This document shows positions 8,348 to 17,969 of a stretch of DNA of 64,000 nt, one piece after another. Numbering within the stretch: the stretch's first letter is position 1; every line of letters begins with the position of its first letter. The translations under genes and the position numbers were made by a program. The notes beneath the pieces are model-generated. The model saw only the letters and a list, made by a program, of their open reading frames with translations, did not search any database and was not told where the DNA came from. Source of the stretch: a virus (Duplodnaviria; Caudoviricetes). The stretch covers positions 7,460 to 71,459 of the IMG/VR virus record IMGVR_UViG_3300036793_000065; one strand, written 5' to 3'.

Positions 8348-10153
8348 ATGCTTCCGAAGCTGCGCTATGAGCCGGTGCGTGCGCGCCGGTTTATGAGCCA
8401 CGAGCGGCGCCCGCTGCCGGTGCGCGCCAACCGCCAGCCGTCGCGGCAGGAGATGGAGCGCTTCCTCGGGCTCGCGGCCGAGGTGCGCAAGCGCCGCGCC
8501 CGCGTCGAGCACAAGACCCGCGGCCATCGCGATGAGGACGGAGTATGGCAGGGAGGCCTGTTGAGCTTTGTCCGCTACTTCTGGCACATCCTGGAGCCAG
8601 GAACGACTTTCGTCGATGGGTGGGCTCTGGAGGCCGTTTGCGAGCACCTTGAGGCAGTCACCTTCGGCGAGATCACCAAGCTCCTGATCAATGTCCCACC
8701 CGGCTTCATGAAGTCGCTGCTGACGGACGTGTTCTGGCCGGCCTGGGAATGGGGGCCGATGGAGCTGCCGCATCTGCGCTATGTGGCCTTCAGCTATTCG
8801 TCGTCGCTGACCGAGCGCGACAACCTCAAATTCAAGGACCTGATCACCTCTCGGGAGTACCAAGAGCTGTACGGCACCACGGCGGCGAACAAGGACGATC
8901 AGATTGTCCATGTGCGGGCCACGGGCCAGAAGAAGGTCTCGAACTGGAAGCACGGCTGGAAGTTTGCGACCTCGGTCGGTGGTGTCGGCACCGGCGAGCG
9001 CGGCGACCGGGTCATCCTCGATGATCCGCACAACGTCAAGGAAAGCGAATCGGACCCGACCCGACAGGAAACCATCCGCTGGTTCCGGGAATCGATGTCG
9101 TCGCGCCTCAACAACATGGAGACCGGCGCCAAGGTCGTGATCATGCAGCGCGTCCATGAGGAGGATGTGTCCGGCACGATCATCACCGATCTGGGCGACT
9201 GGTGCCATCTGCTGATCGCCATGGAGTTCGTGTGGGGCGCCAACGACAATGGCGAGCCGATGGCGACCGCGATCGGCTGGAGCGACCCGCGCTGGCGCGA
9301 GGTGCCGGAAGACTGCGAGGGCGAGCTGGCGTGGCCGGAGCGCTTCCCTGAAGGCGTCATTCCGTCGATGAAGCGCGATGCCGGGCCCTACGCCTGGGCC
9401 GGCCAGTACCAGCAGACTCCGAAGGTCCGCGGTGACGCCATCTTCGAGCAGGAGTGGTGGCAACCATGGGAGCCGGCGGATCAGAAGTTCCCGCCGTTCA
9501 GCTATGTGGTGGCCTCGGTCGATTCGGCGTTCACCGAGGCCGAGCAGAACGACCCCAGCGCGATGGTTGTGGTCGGCATCTGGCAGCACGAGAGCGGCTA
9601 CAATCGCGCCATGCTGATGCATGCGTGGCGGCGCCGGCTGCGGTTCTCCTCGCCGAAGGTGCTACCAGAGCCCGGTGAGAAGGCGATGCAATTCCGGATG
9701 CGGCAGCAGAAATCATGGGGCCTGACTGATTGGGTCGCTCATACCTGCATCAGCTTCAATGTCGATCGCCTGTTGATCGAGGCCAAGGCGTCGGGCCACT
9801 CTGCGGCGCAGACCCTGCAGGATAGCCATCCCCGCGCCGGCTGGGGTATTCAGCTGGTCGACCCCAAGGGGCTCGACAAGGTATCCCGCGCGCTCGCGGT
9901 TCAGCCTTCATTCTCGCAGGGTATGATCTACGTCCCCTATCCACTGCGGGAATGGGGCGAGAAGACCTTGGAGGAAATGGCGGTGTTCCCCAAGGGCAAA
10001 TACAAGGACCTCACCGACGCCATGACCCAGGCGATCAAGCACCTGCGCGACAATGGCCTGCTGCGTTCGGATGATGAGGTGCGGATCGAGGAGCGCGAAG
10101 CGTTGGTGCCGAAGAAAAAGCAGAAAGCGCTTTACCCCACCGCGCGGGCATGA
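8348..10153 (+). CDS. terL: terminase large subunit
   Basis: LLINVPPGFMKS Walker A, VILDDPH Walker B, VVIMQRVHEED, YAWAGQYQQTP, SVDSAF and YKDLTDAMTQA nuclease motifs. Confidence 0.95.
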   Translation: MLPKLRYEPVRARRFMSHERRPLPVRANRQPSRQEMERFLGLAAEVRKRRARVEHKTRGHRDEDGVWQGGLLSFVRYFWHILEPGTTFVDGWALEAVCEHLEAVTFGEITKLLINVPPGFMKSLLTDVFWPAWEWGPMELPHLRYVAFSYSSSLTERDNLKFKDLITSREYQELYGTTAANKDDQIVHVRATGQKKVSNWKHGWKFATSVGGVGTGERGDRVILDDPHNVKESESDPTRQETIRWFRESMSSRLNNMETGAKVVIMQRVHEEDVSGTIITDLGDWCHLLIAMEFVWGANDNGEPMATAIGWSDPRWREVPEDCEGELAWPERFPEGVIPSMKRDAGPYAWAGQYQQTPKVRGDAIFEQEWWQPWEPADQKFPPFSYVVASVDSAFTEAEQNDPSAMVVVGIWQHESGYNRAMLMHAWRRRLRFSSPKVLPEPGEKAMQFRMRQQKSWGLTDWVAHTCISFNVDRLLIEAKASGHSAAQTLQDSHPRAGWGIQLVDPKGLDKVSRALAVQPSFSQGMIYVPYPLREWGEKTLEEMAVFPKGKYKDLTDAMTQAIKHLRDNGLLRSDDEVRIEEREALVPKKKQKALYPTARA

Positions 10154-10170
10154 TAAGCGTCATGCTTACT
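10154..10170. promoter_or_regulatory. palindromic site TAAGC-N5-GCTTACT (copy 1)
   Basis: inverted repeat right after the terL stop; second copy at 15883. Confidence 0.35.
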
Positions 10171-10322
10171 AAAGCTTCGACCCCGAGGCTGGGTAATCTC
10201 AGTCGGCGCGCGGCGCGTCGGTTGCTCCCAGAAAGGTTGCCTGCGGCCGGATTCGGGCCCCGAAAAGGGGAGTGATTCATACCGTTCAAGGCAATCGTCG
10301 CCGCATAAATTGGAGCATCACC

Positions 10323-10532
10323 ATGGCTAAGAAGACCGAAACTATCATCCACCCGCTCTCCGCGATTGATGCGCTGCAGGGCTATCACCAGGACGTTAGC
10401 CTCCTGATGGCCGCGGCGCAGTCGGCGCTGTTGTTCATGAGCGATAGGGACCTCGACGGTCGCAAGGTGTGCGACTCGGTGGGCCCGGAGCTACGGAGGG
10501 CGCTCGACCGCGCCAGACGTTGGTACGAATAG
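10323..10532 (+). CDS. hypothetical protein
   Basis: GGAG SD, ATG10323. Confidence 0.6.
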   Translation: MAKKTETIIHPLSAIDALQGYHQDVSLLMAAAQSALLFMSDRDLDGRKVCDSVGPELRRALDRARRWYE

Positions 10533-10541
10533 GAGGTGACG

Positions 10542-10871
10542 ATGACCCCTCTCCAGATCAACATCCTGCTGCACTACCACGTCACTGTCGCCAACGATTA
10601 TGCCCAGTGGGCGTTCAGGTGGAACGAGGACCATGCTCGCTCGCAAGCCGTTCGTGACGCAGTAGTGGGGTTTGCGTTAGATGGTCTGCTGCAGTTGGAC
10701 GGTAATGTTGACGTCGAGTATGCGGCGTTCGAGGCTGGAACAGCCCATGGCCTTCACGGCAGGAAGCCGTGGTTCTCCATCACCGACAAGGGCCGCGCCA
10801 TGGTCGAGCACCTGTGCGCGGTCAAGATTCCAGTCTGCAAATGGGTTCAGCCCGAAGGAGAAGTCTCGTGA
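10542..10871 (+). CDS. hypothetical protein (wHTH-like C-terminus)
   Basis: AGGAGG SD; FSITDKGRAMVEHL resembles a wing motif. Confidence 0.65.
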   Translation: MTPLQINILLHYHVTVANDYAQWAFRWNEDHARSQAVRDAVVGFALDGLLQLDGNVDVEYAAFEAGTAHGLHGRKPWFSITDKGRAMVEHLCAVKIPVCKWVQPEGEVS

Positions 10872-11176
10872 AGTCCAAGATGATCGCTGCATTCGTTTTG
10901 CTGGCCGCCGGTGCGATGGCCCACGCCGCCGAACCGGTACCCACTTCGCCGCCAGCACTCGCGCCAGCGGTCTCCGCAGCTCCGCCCAAGTACCATATCG
11001 AGCTGGAGGCTGCGGACATCGCCTCGCTCTCGGCGGCGCTGATGGAATTGCCCAAGCGTCTTGCCGATCCGTTGATCGAGAAGATCAACAAGCAGCTCCA
11101 GGCCGAGGAGCTGGCCCGCCAGTCGAGCATCTCTCCGCTCCCCAAGGACCAGAGCAAGCCGCCGGAGGCAAAATGA
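10868..11176 (+). CDS. small secreted protein
   Basis: Sec signal KSKMIAAFVLLAAGAMAHA|AE, Pro-rich linker, helical C-terminus. Confidence 0.65.
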   Translation: MKSKMIAAFVLLAAGAMAHAAEPVPTSPPALAPAVSAAPPKYHIELEAADIASLSAALMELPKRLADPLIEKINKQLQAEELARQSSISPLPKDQSKPPEAK

Positions 11177-11628
11177 TCAGCGACGCGCCCGTCTACGTCA
11201 GCCACAAGCGTGTCCAGGCGCTGGAGATCGTCTCGGTTGGCACTTACCACCCGGATCGCAGTGGCGTGCTGGTGAGGGATGTCGTCCTCAAGGGGCACGA
11301 AGGTGAGAATTTCGAGGTCTCGCAGGCACTGTTCGTCCGCTATGTGCCGGGGCCCGGTGACTTCCTGGTGCGTTACGCCGACGGCTATCTCTCCTTCAGC
11401 CCGCGCAAGGCGTTCCTGGAAGGTTACGCGCTCGCTAGCGACGGTAATGTGCTGATGGAGCGGCTGAGCGATCTGTCCCATGCGGGGCCCGGTGTGGCGC
11501 CGCTGTGGCTCCAAGGCGACGACTGGGTCCGGGAGATCGCCAAGGTCGCCCGTGAAGCCTACGTCACCATCAATTCCCTCAAATCCCAGCTGGAGAACCT
11601 CCAACGTGAAAAAGCCAACGATCTATAA
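11173..11628 (+). CDS. conserved phage protein (GDFLVRYADGYLSFSP motif)
   Basis: GGAGG SD; motif recurrent in phage small proteins. Confidence 0.65.
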   Translation: MISDAPVYVSHKRVQALEIVSVGTYHPDRSGVLVRDVVLKGHEGENFEVSQALFVRYVPGPGDFLVRYADGYLSFSPRKAFLEGYALASDGNVLMERLSDLSHAGPGVAPLWLQGDDWVREIAKVAREAYVTINSLKSQLENLQREKANDL

Positions 11629-11887
11629 TCCGAACGGCCAAGCAGCGACGACCTTGAGCCCGGCGCAGCAGGAATGCATCGACCTGCTGGAGATGGCGCT
11701 GGAGAGCGCCCGCAAGGGTGACATGAACGCTTGCGTCCTGGTCGCTGTGGGCGAGGGAGATTTCGGAGTGGCCATGGCCGGCTCCGATGCGCCGAAGCTC
11801 TACATGGGCTGCGCTGTGGCTCAGCGGACCATCCTGGAACGGACCTCGCCGTCGATCGGTGGTGGCCGCACTGTGCTGCATCGGTAG
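11606..11887 (+). CDS. hypothetical protein
   Basis: GGAG SD, GTG11606. Confidence 0.55.
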   Translation: MKKPTIYNPNGQAATTLSPAQQECIDLLEMALESARKGDMNACVLVAVGEGDFGVAMAGSDAPKLYMGCAVAQRTILERTSPSIGGGRTVLHR

Positions 11888-12169
11888 ATGCAAATGACCA
11901 AGTATCGAGACCTTGCCTTACAAATCATCCACGCTACCGGCGGCGACCCTAAGCGTGCCGATGAAGCCGCTAACGTGATCGAGGCCACTGTCAGTTTCTC
12001 CCCTCCCGCGCAGCCCGATCTCGTGACCTCAATTCAATTGCAAGCGCGTCCAGCGGATGGCGGCGATTGGGTCAATATCTTCCCCGCGCAGCTACAGGGG
12101 CTTGCAAAACATTGCGACGTGCGAGCGCTGGAATGCTCCCAAAGTGCCCATTCAGGAGAGACAAAATGA
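11888..12169 (+). CDS. hypothetical protein
   Basis: abuts the upstream stop. Confidence 0.5.
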   Translation: MQMTKYRDLALQIIHATGGDPKRADEAANVIEATVSFSPPAQPDLVTSIQLQARPADGGDWVNIFPAQLQGLAKHCDVRALECSQSAHSGETK

Positions 12170-12402
12170 AGCACGCCAGAGACGACTACAGCCGCATCCA
12201 GGACCCCGCCGGCCTCATTCCAGAGAATGAGCCCGTGTTCTTGCTCCGCGCTCAGGACAAGTTCGCCGCGGAGACACTTCGCTATTACGCCTATCTCGTG
12301 CGGCGCAGCCGAGACCCTGACGAACGCATCATCATCGCAACGGAAATGCAGGCGGCCCGGATGGCCGAATGGCCGAAGCACAAAGCGCCGGACATGCCAT
12401 GA
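12166..12402 (+). CDS. conserved phage protein (EPVFLLRAQD motif)
   Basis: AGGAGAG SD; recurrent phage motif. Confidence 0.7.
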   Translation: MKHARDDYSRIQDPAGLIPENEPVFLLRAQDKFAAETLRYYAYLVRRSRDPDERIIIATEMQAARMAEWPKHKAPDMP

Positions 12403-12890
12403 CTGACATTGTGGAGAGGCTGCGGGATCAGGGCAAGGACGCATTCTCGCGACACTACAGCCTTGGGACGTTCAAGCTGTGTGATGAGGCCGCCACCGAG
12501 ATCGAGCGTCTGCGCAATCAGCTTGTTAATAGCGGCTGGCAGCCGATCGAGACCGCGCCCCCCGTCAAGGAGTGGGGTAACCCGCCATCTGTCTTGCTGT
12601 GGGTAGCTGACGGCGGCGGTAAGGGCAGCGGGTGCCATGCCTTCGGGCGCGTCTACCGATACGAAGACGGCACCACTCGCGCCGTTGCCAGCGGCTTCTC
12701 TGGAAATTGGAGGACCACGCACTGGATGCCGCTTTCGGCGCCCCAAGCGCGTATTCAGGCGAAAAGGAGATTAAGGGGTGAAGCGAAATTTCGGTCTTCG
12801 GGACCGGGTCCAGCGCGTCGAGGCAATTGGAGCCGGCGCGTATCTCGTTTTCACCGTTGTGGTTCTCGTGCTATGGCTGCTCCTCGTTAA
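12399..12890 (+). CDS. DUF551-like protein
   Basis: GWQPIETAP...VLLW...THWMPL signature; C-terminal tail overlaps the next gene. Confidence 0.65.
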   Translation: MTDIVERLRDQGKDAFSRHYSLGTFKLCDEAATEIERLRNQLVNSGWQPIETAPPVKEWGNPPSVLLWVADGGGKGSGCHAFGRVYRYEDGTTRAVASGFSGNWRTTHWMPLSAPQARIQAKRRLRGEAKFRSSGPGPARRGNWSRRVSRFHRCGSRAMAAPR

Positions 12891-12897
12891 TTCCTGA
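12778..12897 (+). CDS. small membrane protein, 39 aa
   Basis: GGAG..AAGGG SD; YLVFTVVVLVLWLLLV TM segment. Confidence 0.5.
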   Translation: MKRNFGLRDRVQRVEAIGAGAYLVFTVVVLVLWLLLVNS

Positions 12898-12911
12898 CGA
12901 GGGCATGGCCG

Positions 12912-15395
12912 GTGACTGATACAGCGCTTGCGCAAGACAACATCCAGGTCGTGATCGAGGGTGATGACGGCGGGGTCCAGACCCTTCCTGATGGTAGCCT
13001 GATGGTCCCGGGTGATGACGGTGGCGTCATCGTCCATCTGAATCCGCCGCGCGCCGATCAGGCCGACGTCGACGATCCCGCCAAGTTTTACGCCAATCTC
13101 GTCGACAAGATCGGCGAGGGCGAGCTGATGGTGATCGCCAACGAGCTTCATGAGGCGATCTCGGCCGACGACCAGTCACGGGCCGAATGGCTGGCCAACC
13201 GGGCGGCCGGCATGGACCTGCTGGGCCTCAAGATGGAAGACCCCAAGAACAGCGACGGCGCCTCAGCGGTCGACGGTCAGTCGGTGGTGACCAATCCGTT
13301 GCTGCTCGACGGCGTGCTCCGTGGCTGGGCCAATGCCCAGGCAGAGCTTCTGCCGGCCAAGGGGCCCTGCAAGATCGCAGACTACTCCGATCTGCCGACC
13401 GCGCAGAAGGATGAGCTGGGTGAGGCGCTGCAGCGCGACATGAACTACTATTTGACGACGATCGCGACCGAGTTCGGTCCACAGACCTCGCACATGCTGT
13501 TGTGGGGCTGCTACTTTGGCGGTTCGGGCTTCAAGAAGGTCTACACCCACCCACTGAAGCAGCGGCCCTACAGCGAATCAGTGTCGCCCGAGCATCTGAT
13601 CGTGTCGGATGCGATGAAGGATTTCGACGCCTGCGAGCGCATCACGCATCAGATTAGCATGCGCCAGTCGGTGATGAAGCGATACCAGTTCAAGGGCATC
13701 TATCGCGACATCGTGCTGGCCCCACCGATCGGTGGCACCAACCAAGTCGACGAGGAGATCGCGGCGACCCAGGGCGTAGCGCTGCGCAAGGAGCGGCCCG
13801 AGGACATGCCGTACACGCTGTGGGAAACCCAGTGTGAACTCGACATGGATCAGTTTGCCCCGGCGCCCTACAAGGGCAAGGGCGTGCCGCTGCCGTACCT
13901 CGTGACGATGGACAAGGATTCGATGACGATCCTGTCGATCCGGCGCGACTGGAAACCGGAGGATGAGGACTGCGCCCGCAAGAAGATGTACGTGAAATAT
14001 CCGTATGTCCCGGGCCCCGGCTTCTACGGCACTGGCCTGCTCAACATTCTCGGCAATTCGTCGGCAGCGATGACCGCGGCGTGGCGGATCGCACTCGACG
14101 CCGGCATGTTCGCCAACTTCCCGGCCGGCCTGATCGACAAGCTGACCGGACGGCAGGTTACCTCGAACTTTCGTCTCTCGCCCGGTGAATGGCAGCCGAT
14201 CGAGACTGGTGGTCGCGACATCAACAAGGTCGTGGCCCAGCTACCCTACAAGGACGTCACCACTGGCCTGATGGCCATGATGGACAAGATCACCGAGCAG
14301 TCCAAGGCGGTCGGCGGCGCGCCGGATATCCCGGTCGGCGAGGGCGTGCAGAACGTCCCGGTCGGTACCATGCTGGCGCATATCGAGCAGGCCACCAAGG
14401 TGATGGCCGCGGCCCACAAGGGCCAGCATGCGGCGCTGGATGAGGAGCTGTCGCTCTACGCCGATCTTTTCCGCGAGAACCCGGAATCATTCTGGAAGGG
14501 CAACAAGACCCGTACCGCCAAGGAATACTGGACCGTCCAGAAGCTGCTCCAGGCGCTCGATGAGCGGACCTTGGTGCCGAAGTCGGACCCGAATGTCCCG
14601 AGCCACATCCATCGCGTCATGAAGGCGGTCGCGCTGGTGGAGCTGAAGTCGTCGCCGCTCGGTGCTCGCCTGGATGACGATGAGGTGCTGCGTCGCGTCC
14701 TGGGGGCGATGCGCGAGGACCCGACCGGGCTGATCCTGCCGAAGCCGACGGGCCAGCAGCCGCCTTCGCCAGAAATGCTCACGGCGATCGCCAAGGGCAA
14801 GGAGGCGGACGCCAAGACGCTTACGGCCCAGGTCAATGCGCAGGAGAACGCGCAGAAGCCGGAGCTGGAGCGCCTGAAGTCGGAGGGCTCGATCAAGGGC
14901 AAGACGATCGACCTCGCCAGGACCCTCGTAGGCCATGAGGGCGACCGCGAGGACGCGGCACATCAACGCCAGATGGACGTCGCTGGCCTTGCGATGGACG
15001 CCAAGAAGCATGCGCTGGAGGCGACCAAGCAAACCACCGACGTCATGAAGACGCACCAGGAGGCTGCCCAGGCCCAGGAAGAGCACGGCCTGACAAAGGC
15101 GCAGACCTTGCACAAGATGCAGCTGGAGCAGCGCCAGCACGGTCTCGCCGAGCAGCAGGCGCATCATCAGATGGCCCGCGAGGGCGCCCAGCATGGGCTC
15201 GCGGCCGCGCAATTCGGTCATCAGGTCGGAATGGATCAGAAGGATCGCGATCTGGCGGAGCGGGAGTTGACCTCGAAGGCGGCTGTTGAGGGCGAAAAGG
15301 TCGGGATCGCGCAACAGGACGCGGAGACGCGCCGGCACACTGCGCTGCACCCACCAAAGCCGACGGCGCCGAAGAAGCCGAAGGGCAAGAAGTGA
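12912..15395 (+). CDS. portal protein (P22-like) with long helical C-terminal barrel
   Basis: 827 aa downstream of terL; AELLPAKGPCK, GSGFKKVY, YVPGPGFYGTGL, NVPVGTMLAHIEQATKVM motifs; Q/H/A-rich C-terminus. Confidence 0.9.
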   Translation: MTDTALAQDNIQVVIEGDDGGVQTLPDGSLMVPGDDGGVIVHLNPPRADQADVDDPAKFYANLVDKIGEGELMVIANELHEAISADDQSRAEWLANRAAGMDLLGLKMEDPKNSDGASAVDGQSVVTNPLLLDGVLRGWANAQAELLPAKGPCKIADYSDLPTAQKDELGEALQRDMNYYLTTIATEFGPQTSHMLLWGCYFGGSGFKKVYTHPLKQRPYSESVSPEHLIVSDAMKDFDACERITHQISMRQSVMKRYQFKGIYRDIVLAPPIGGTNQVDEEIAATQGVALRKERPEDMPYTLWETQCELDMDQFAPAPYKGKGVPLPYLVTMDKDSMTILSIRRDWKPEDEDCARKKMYVKYPYVPGPGFYGTGLLNILGNSSAAMTAAWRIALDAGMFANFPAGLIDKLTGRQVTSNFRLSPGEWQPIETGGRDINKVVAQLPYKDVTTGLMAMMDKITEQSKAVGGAPDIPVGEGVQNVPVGTMLAHIEQATKVMAAAHKGQHAALDEELSLYADLFRENPESFWKGNKTRTAKEYWTVQKLLQALDERTLVPKSDPNVPSHIHRVMKAVALVELKSSPLGARLDDDEVLRRVLGAMREDPTGLILPKPTGQQPPSPEMLTAIAKGKEADAKTLTAQVNAQENAQKPELERLKSEGSIKGKTIDLARTLVGHEGDREDAAHQRQMDVAGLAMDAKKHALEATKQTTDVMKTHQEAAQAQEEHGLTKAQTLHKMQLEQRQHGLAEQQAHHQMAREGAQHGLAAAQFGHQVGMDQKDRDLAERELTSKAAVEGEKVGIAQQDAETRRHTALHPPKPTAPKKPKGKK

Positions 15396-15595
15396 GGCTG
15401 GTGGACGTCTACTGGACCTCCATGGTCAATCGCCTGAGGGTGGCATGCGACTGCGACCTTTCTATCGACGCGCCATCCAACGTCAGTGTCGTGAAGTGCC
15501 CGCGCTGCCGGCGTGCTGAGTTGTGGCACGGAGGTGATCCGGTTGTTCCGGGGTCGCCATGGGCGTTGCCGGTGATGCGGAACGAGGTGCGATAA
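15392..15595 (+). CDS. small Zn-ribbon protein
   Basis: CDC...CPRC motifs; GTGA overlap with the portal stop. Confidence 0.55.
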   Translation: MRLVDVYWTSMVNRLRVACDCDLSIDAPSNVSVVKCPRCRRAELWHGGDPVVPGSPWALPVMRNEVR

Positions 15596-15616
15596 TATCG
15601 AGCCGGAAGCGAAAGC

Positions 15617-15862
15617 CTATTCCAGCCAATCCGAAGAAGAGGCGGGAAAAGTAACCGATCGCTCCCGCGCTGCTTGCCCGAAGCCACATTCATCGTAGCA
15701 GGGATAGTTGACGCTGCAGCCGCAGATACTGCAGCGAGGGGTTATGTCAGGTCCCTGAATGGCTTCAACAATGGCGCCCAGCAGAGCCATGAAGCCAAAA
15801 AACATGCTGGCCACAGTGATCAGCATACTGGCTATGGTGATCAGCAGGGTGAGGATGGGCAT
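15617..15862 (-). CDS. membrane-anchored Cys-rich protein, 81 aa, antisense to the structural module
   Basis: AGGAGAG SD before ATG; N-terminal TM helix then CSICGC..YPCYDEC. Confidence 0.6.
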   Translation of the reverse strand: MPILTLLITIASMLITVASMFFGFMALLGAIVEAIQGPDITPRCSICGCSVNYPCYDECGFGQAARERSVTFPASSSDWLE

Positions 15863-15882
15863 CTCGGCTCTCCTTGGCCTCG

Positions 15883-15899
15883 TAAGCAGCGTGCTTACT
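15883..15899. promoter_or_regulatory. palindromic site TAAGC-N5-GCTTACT (copy 2)
   Basis: GTAAGCA-gcg-TGCTTAC inverted repeat between divergent genes. Confidence 0.35.
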
Positions 15900-16012
15900 C
15901 CACTACGGCCTACGTGTAAAGCGACTTGAGGGTGACGTCGTAGCGATTCCGTGCAATAAGGTGGAACCGCAAGACAAATAGCCCGGGCCGGGCGCATCCA
16001 AGGAGCCCAACA

Positions 16013-16708
16013 ATGGCGCATCCGTTCAACAAGTTCCGGCAGAGCAACGTCGAGCGTTCTCGCGTCGGCGAGATCACCAAGCAATACGCGCGCGGTGGTG
16101 GTGTTCATCCCGATGCCGAGCAGGACAAGAAGCTGATCAAGAAGATGATCGGCAAGGACTGTGGCGAGATCGGCGGCGTCAAGGCCGCGCAGCGGATGGA
16201 TCGGCCGCGCCGCGCCTCCGGCGGCAAGGTCAAAAAAGGCACGACCGTGGTCAACGTGATCACCGGTGGCCAGCAGCAGCCCCCGCAACCGGTTCCGGTG
16301 CCCATTCCCCCGCCAGCCGCTGCAATGCCTCCAGGGCCGCCTCCGGGACCTCCTCCGGGCGCCTTGCCGCCGGGCGGCCCGATGGCCGGGCCGGGCCCGG
16401 GCATGCCTCCAGGGCCGCCTATGCGGGCTCGCGGCGGCAGCGTGAAGGGCGCGAAGTCGATTGGAATGGACGTCGGCACTCCGGTCCAGCACGACAAGGC
16501 TAAGGCGGTCGACATCAAGAACATGAACCGGCCACGCGTGGTGACCTTCAATACGGGTGGCGGGGTGAAGTCGTTCCGCGCTTATGGCGGCGGCGTCAAG
16601 GGTGTGACCTTCAAGGGCGGCACGCCCGGCAGCGTCGCCCCGGCCACGAAGCTTCCCGGCGGCGCCGGTGGTGGCCTCGGCCGACTGAAAAAGGCAAAGG
16701 AATACTGA
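16013..16708 (+). CDS. basic, Pro/Gly-rich head-module protein with repeated AxGG motifs
   Basis: AGGAG SD; YARGG, RASGG, RARGG, RAYGG; poly-Pro centre. Confidence 0.75.
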   Translation: MAHPFNKFRQSNVERSRVGEITKQYARGGGVHPDAEQDKKLIKKMIGKDCGEIGGVKAAQRMDRPRRASGGKVKKGTTVVNVITGGQQQPPQPVPVPIPPPAAAMPPGPPPGPPPGALPPGGPMAGPGPGMPPGPPMRARGGSVKGAKSIGMDVGTPVQHDKAKAVDIKNMNRPRVVTFNTGGGVKSFRAYGGGVKGVTFKGGTPGSVAPATKLPGGAGGGLGRLKKAKEY

Positions 16709-16935
16709 TGCGAATCGCCGAGAAGGAGCCTGTGCGCGAGTTTGTCGGCGACCACCGATCGCTGGCGCGAAACCTTCTCGGCACGCTGCAGGCCGCGCGC
16801 GCTGCTGCGGTGGAAGAGCTAGCGACGATCGACTGCACGACCTTTGAGGACTATCGCCTGCGCAAGGGCAAGATCGAAGGGATCGACATCGCGATCAGTC
16901 TGTGCAAGGAAGAACAACGTAAGCTTGAGGCTTAG
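16708..16935 (+). CDS. hypothetical helical protein of the head module
   Basis: TGATG coupling; EDYRLRKGKIEGI motif. Confidence 0.65.
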   Translation: MRIAEKEPVREFVGDHRSLARNLLGTLQAARAAAVEELATIDCTTFEDYRLRKGKIEGIDIAISLCKEEQRKLEA

Positions 16936-16972
16936 CCATCCGCGCGGGGTGGTTTCAAATAGGGATGCACCC

Positions 16973-17326
16973 ATGACTTCGGCCACGCAGGTCGAGATTA
17001 CTGCGGCGCAGGCGCGCCTCGATGAATTTACGGCTGAATTTGAGCGGCGATTTGCTGGTCTTGTTTTCACCTACGAGGACGGGCAGCCAAATCCGCGGAC
17101 TGCGCCATCAGGCGATCTTTACGCCGAGTATATGTTCTTCGGGGATAGCGCTGATAATGTCCTCAACACCACCAAACTCCGACTGACGGATATCGCAGAT
17201 CGAGCGTCTGCTGAGGCCGCTACGCTGTATTGGCGAATTAGGCCAGAGATCGACCGGCATCCACATAAGGTGCTTTGGAAGACCTATTGTCGGTTCATTA
17301 TTTCCAACAAGCCAAGGAAGACCTGA
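16973..17326 (+). CDS. hypothetical protein
   Basis: AGGG SD, ATG16973; more AT-rich codons than neighbours. Confidence 0.6.
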   Translation: MTSATQVEITAAQARLDEFTAEFERRFAGLVFTYEDGQPNPRTAPSGDLYAEYMFFGDSADNVLNTTKLRLTDIADRASAEAATLYWRIRPEIDRHPHKVLWKTYCRFIISNKPRKT

Positions 17327-17739
17327 TGGCCCGTTCAAACGCGATCACCAAGATGCGCCAGATCGCCGAGTCCTCGACCGACCCCAAAGCCGCGATCCTG
17401 AAGGCGCTCGGCAAGCACGACACCAAGGTTTTTCACAGCAAGGTGCTGGTGGCCACCTATGTGCGGCCAGCGATGACCCGCGGTGGCGTCTACATGCCCG
17501 ACAAGGTGATCGAGGAAGATCGCTACCAGGGCACGGTCGGCCTCGTAGTGGCGCTCGGGCCCGGTGCCTTCAAGGACGACAACATTGCCCAGTTTCACGG
17601 TGACGGCCTGACGATCGGCGACTGGGTGATGTACGTCGCCGCCGACGGCATCTCAATGAACATCAACGAGGTGCCGTGTCGGCTATTTGAGGACACCCGC
17701 ATTCTCATGCGCGTGACTGATCCGGAGATTTACTTCTGA
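17326..17739 (+). CDS. groES: GroES-like co-chaperonin
   Basis: KVLV...TRGGVYMPD mobile loop, GLVVALGPGAF, IGDWVMY, CRLFEDTRIL; between portal and scaffold. Confidence 0.85.
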   Translation: MARSNAITKMRQIAESSTDPKAAILKALGKHDTKVFHSKVLVATYVRPAMTRGGVYMPDKVIEEDRYQGTVGLVVALGPGAFKDDNIAQFHGDGLTIGDWVMYVAADGISMNINEVPCRLFEDTRILMRVTDPEIYF

Positions 17740-17969
17740 TGTGCATCGGACCCTCGCAGTCAACGCTCCCGTCGGACCCGGCTGTAATTCTCGCTAGGGT
17801 CATCAACGATCGTCTCGGCATCGAAATCCACCCGGAGGTGCTGCGCAACTTCATCATCAACGAGTGGGACAATATCGCGGCTGCGGCCCACCGAATCCAC
17901 AGGCTTTCACCGAAGCGCCGGACCGGCGTGCTGCGCGACGTTATCGACGTCATGACCGGGAAGCCATGA
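17739..17969 (+). CDS. hypothetical protein
   Basis: TGATG coupling; similar to the 2099-2305 ORF. Confidence 0.5.
   Translation: MCIGPSQSTLPSDPAVILARVINDRLGIEIHPEVLRNFIINEWDNIAAAAHRIHRLSPKRRTGVLRDVIDVMTGKP

Noticed and set aside
11173-12402. Naming these ORFs as Tad/Acb anti-defence proteins
   Set aside because: I cannot match them by eye to any characterised sequence; kept only as candidates.
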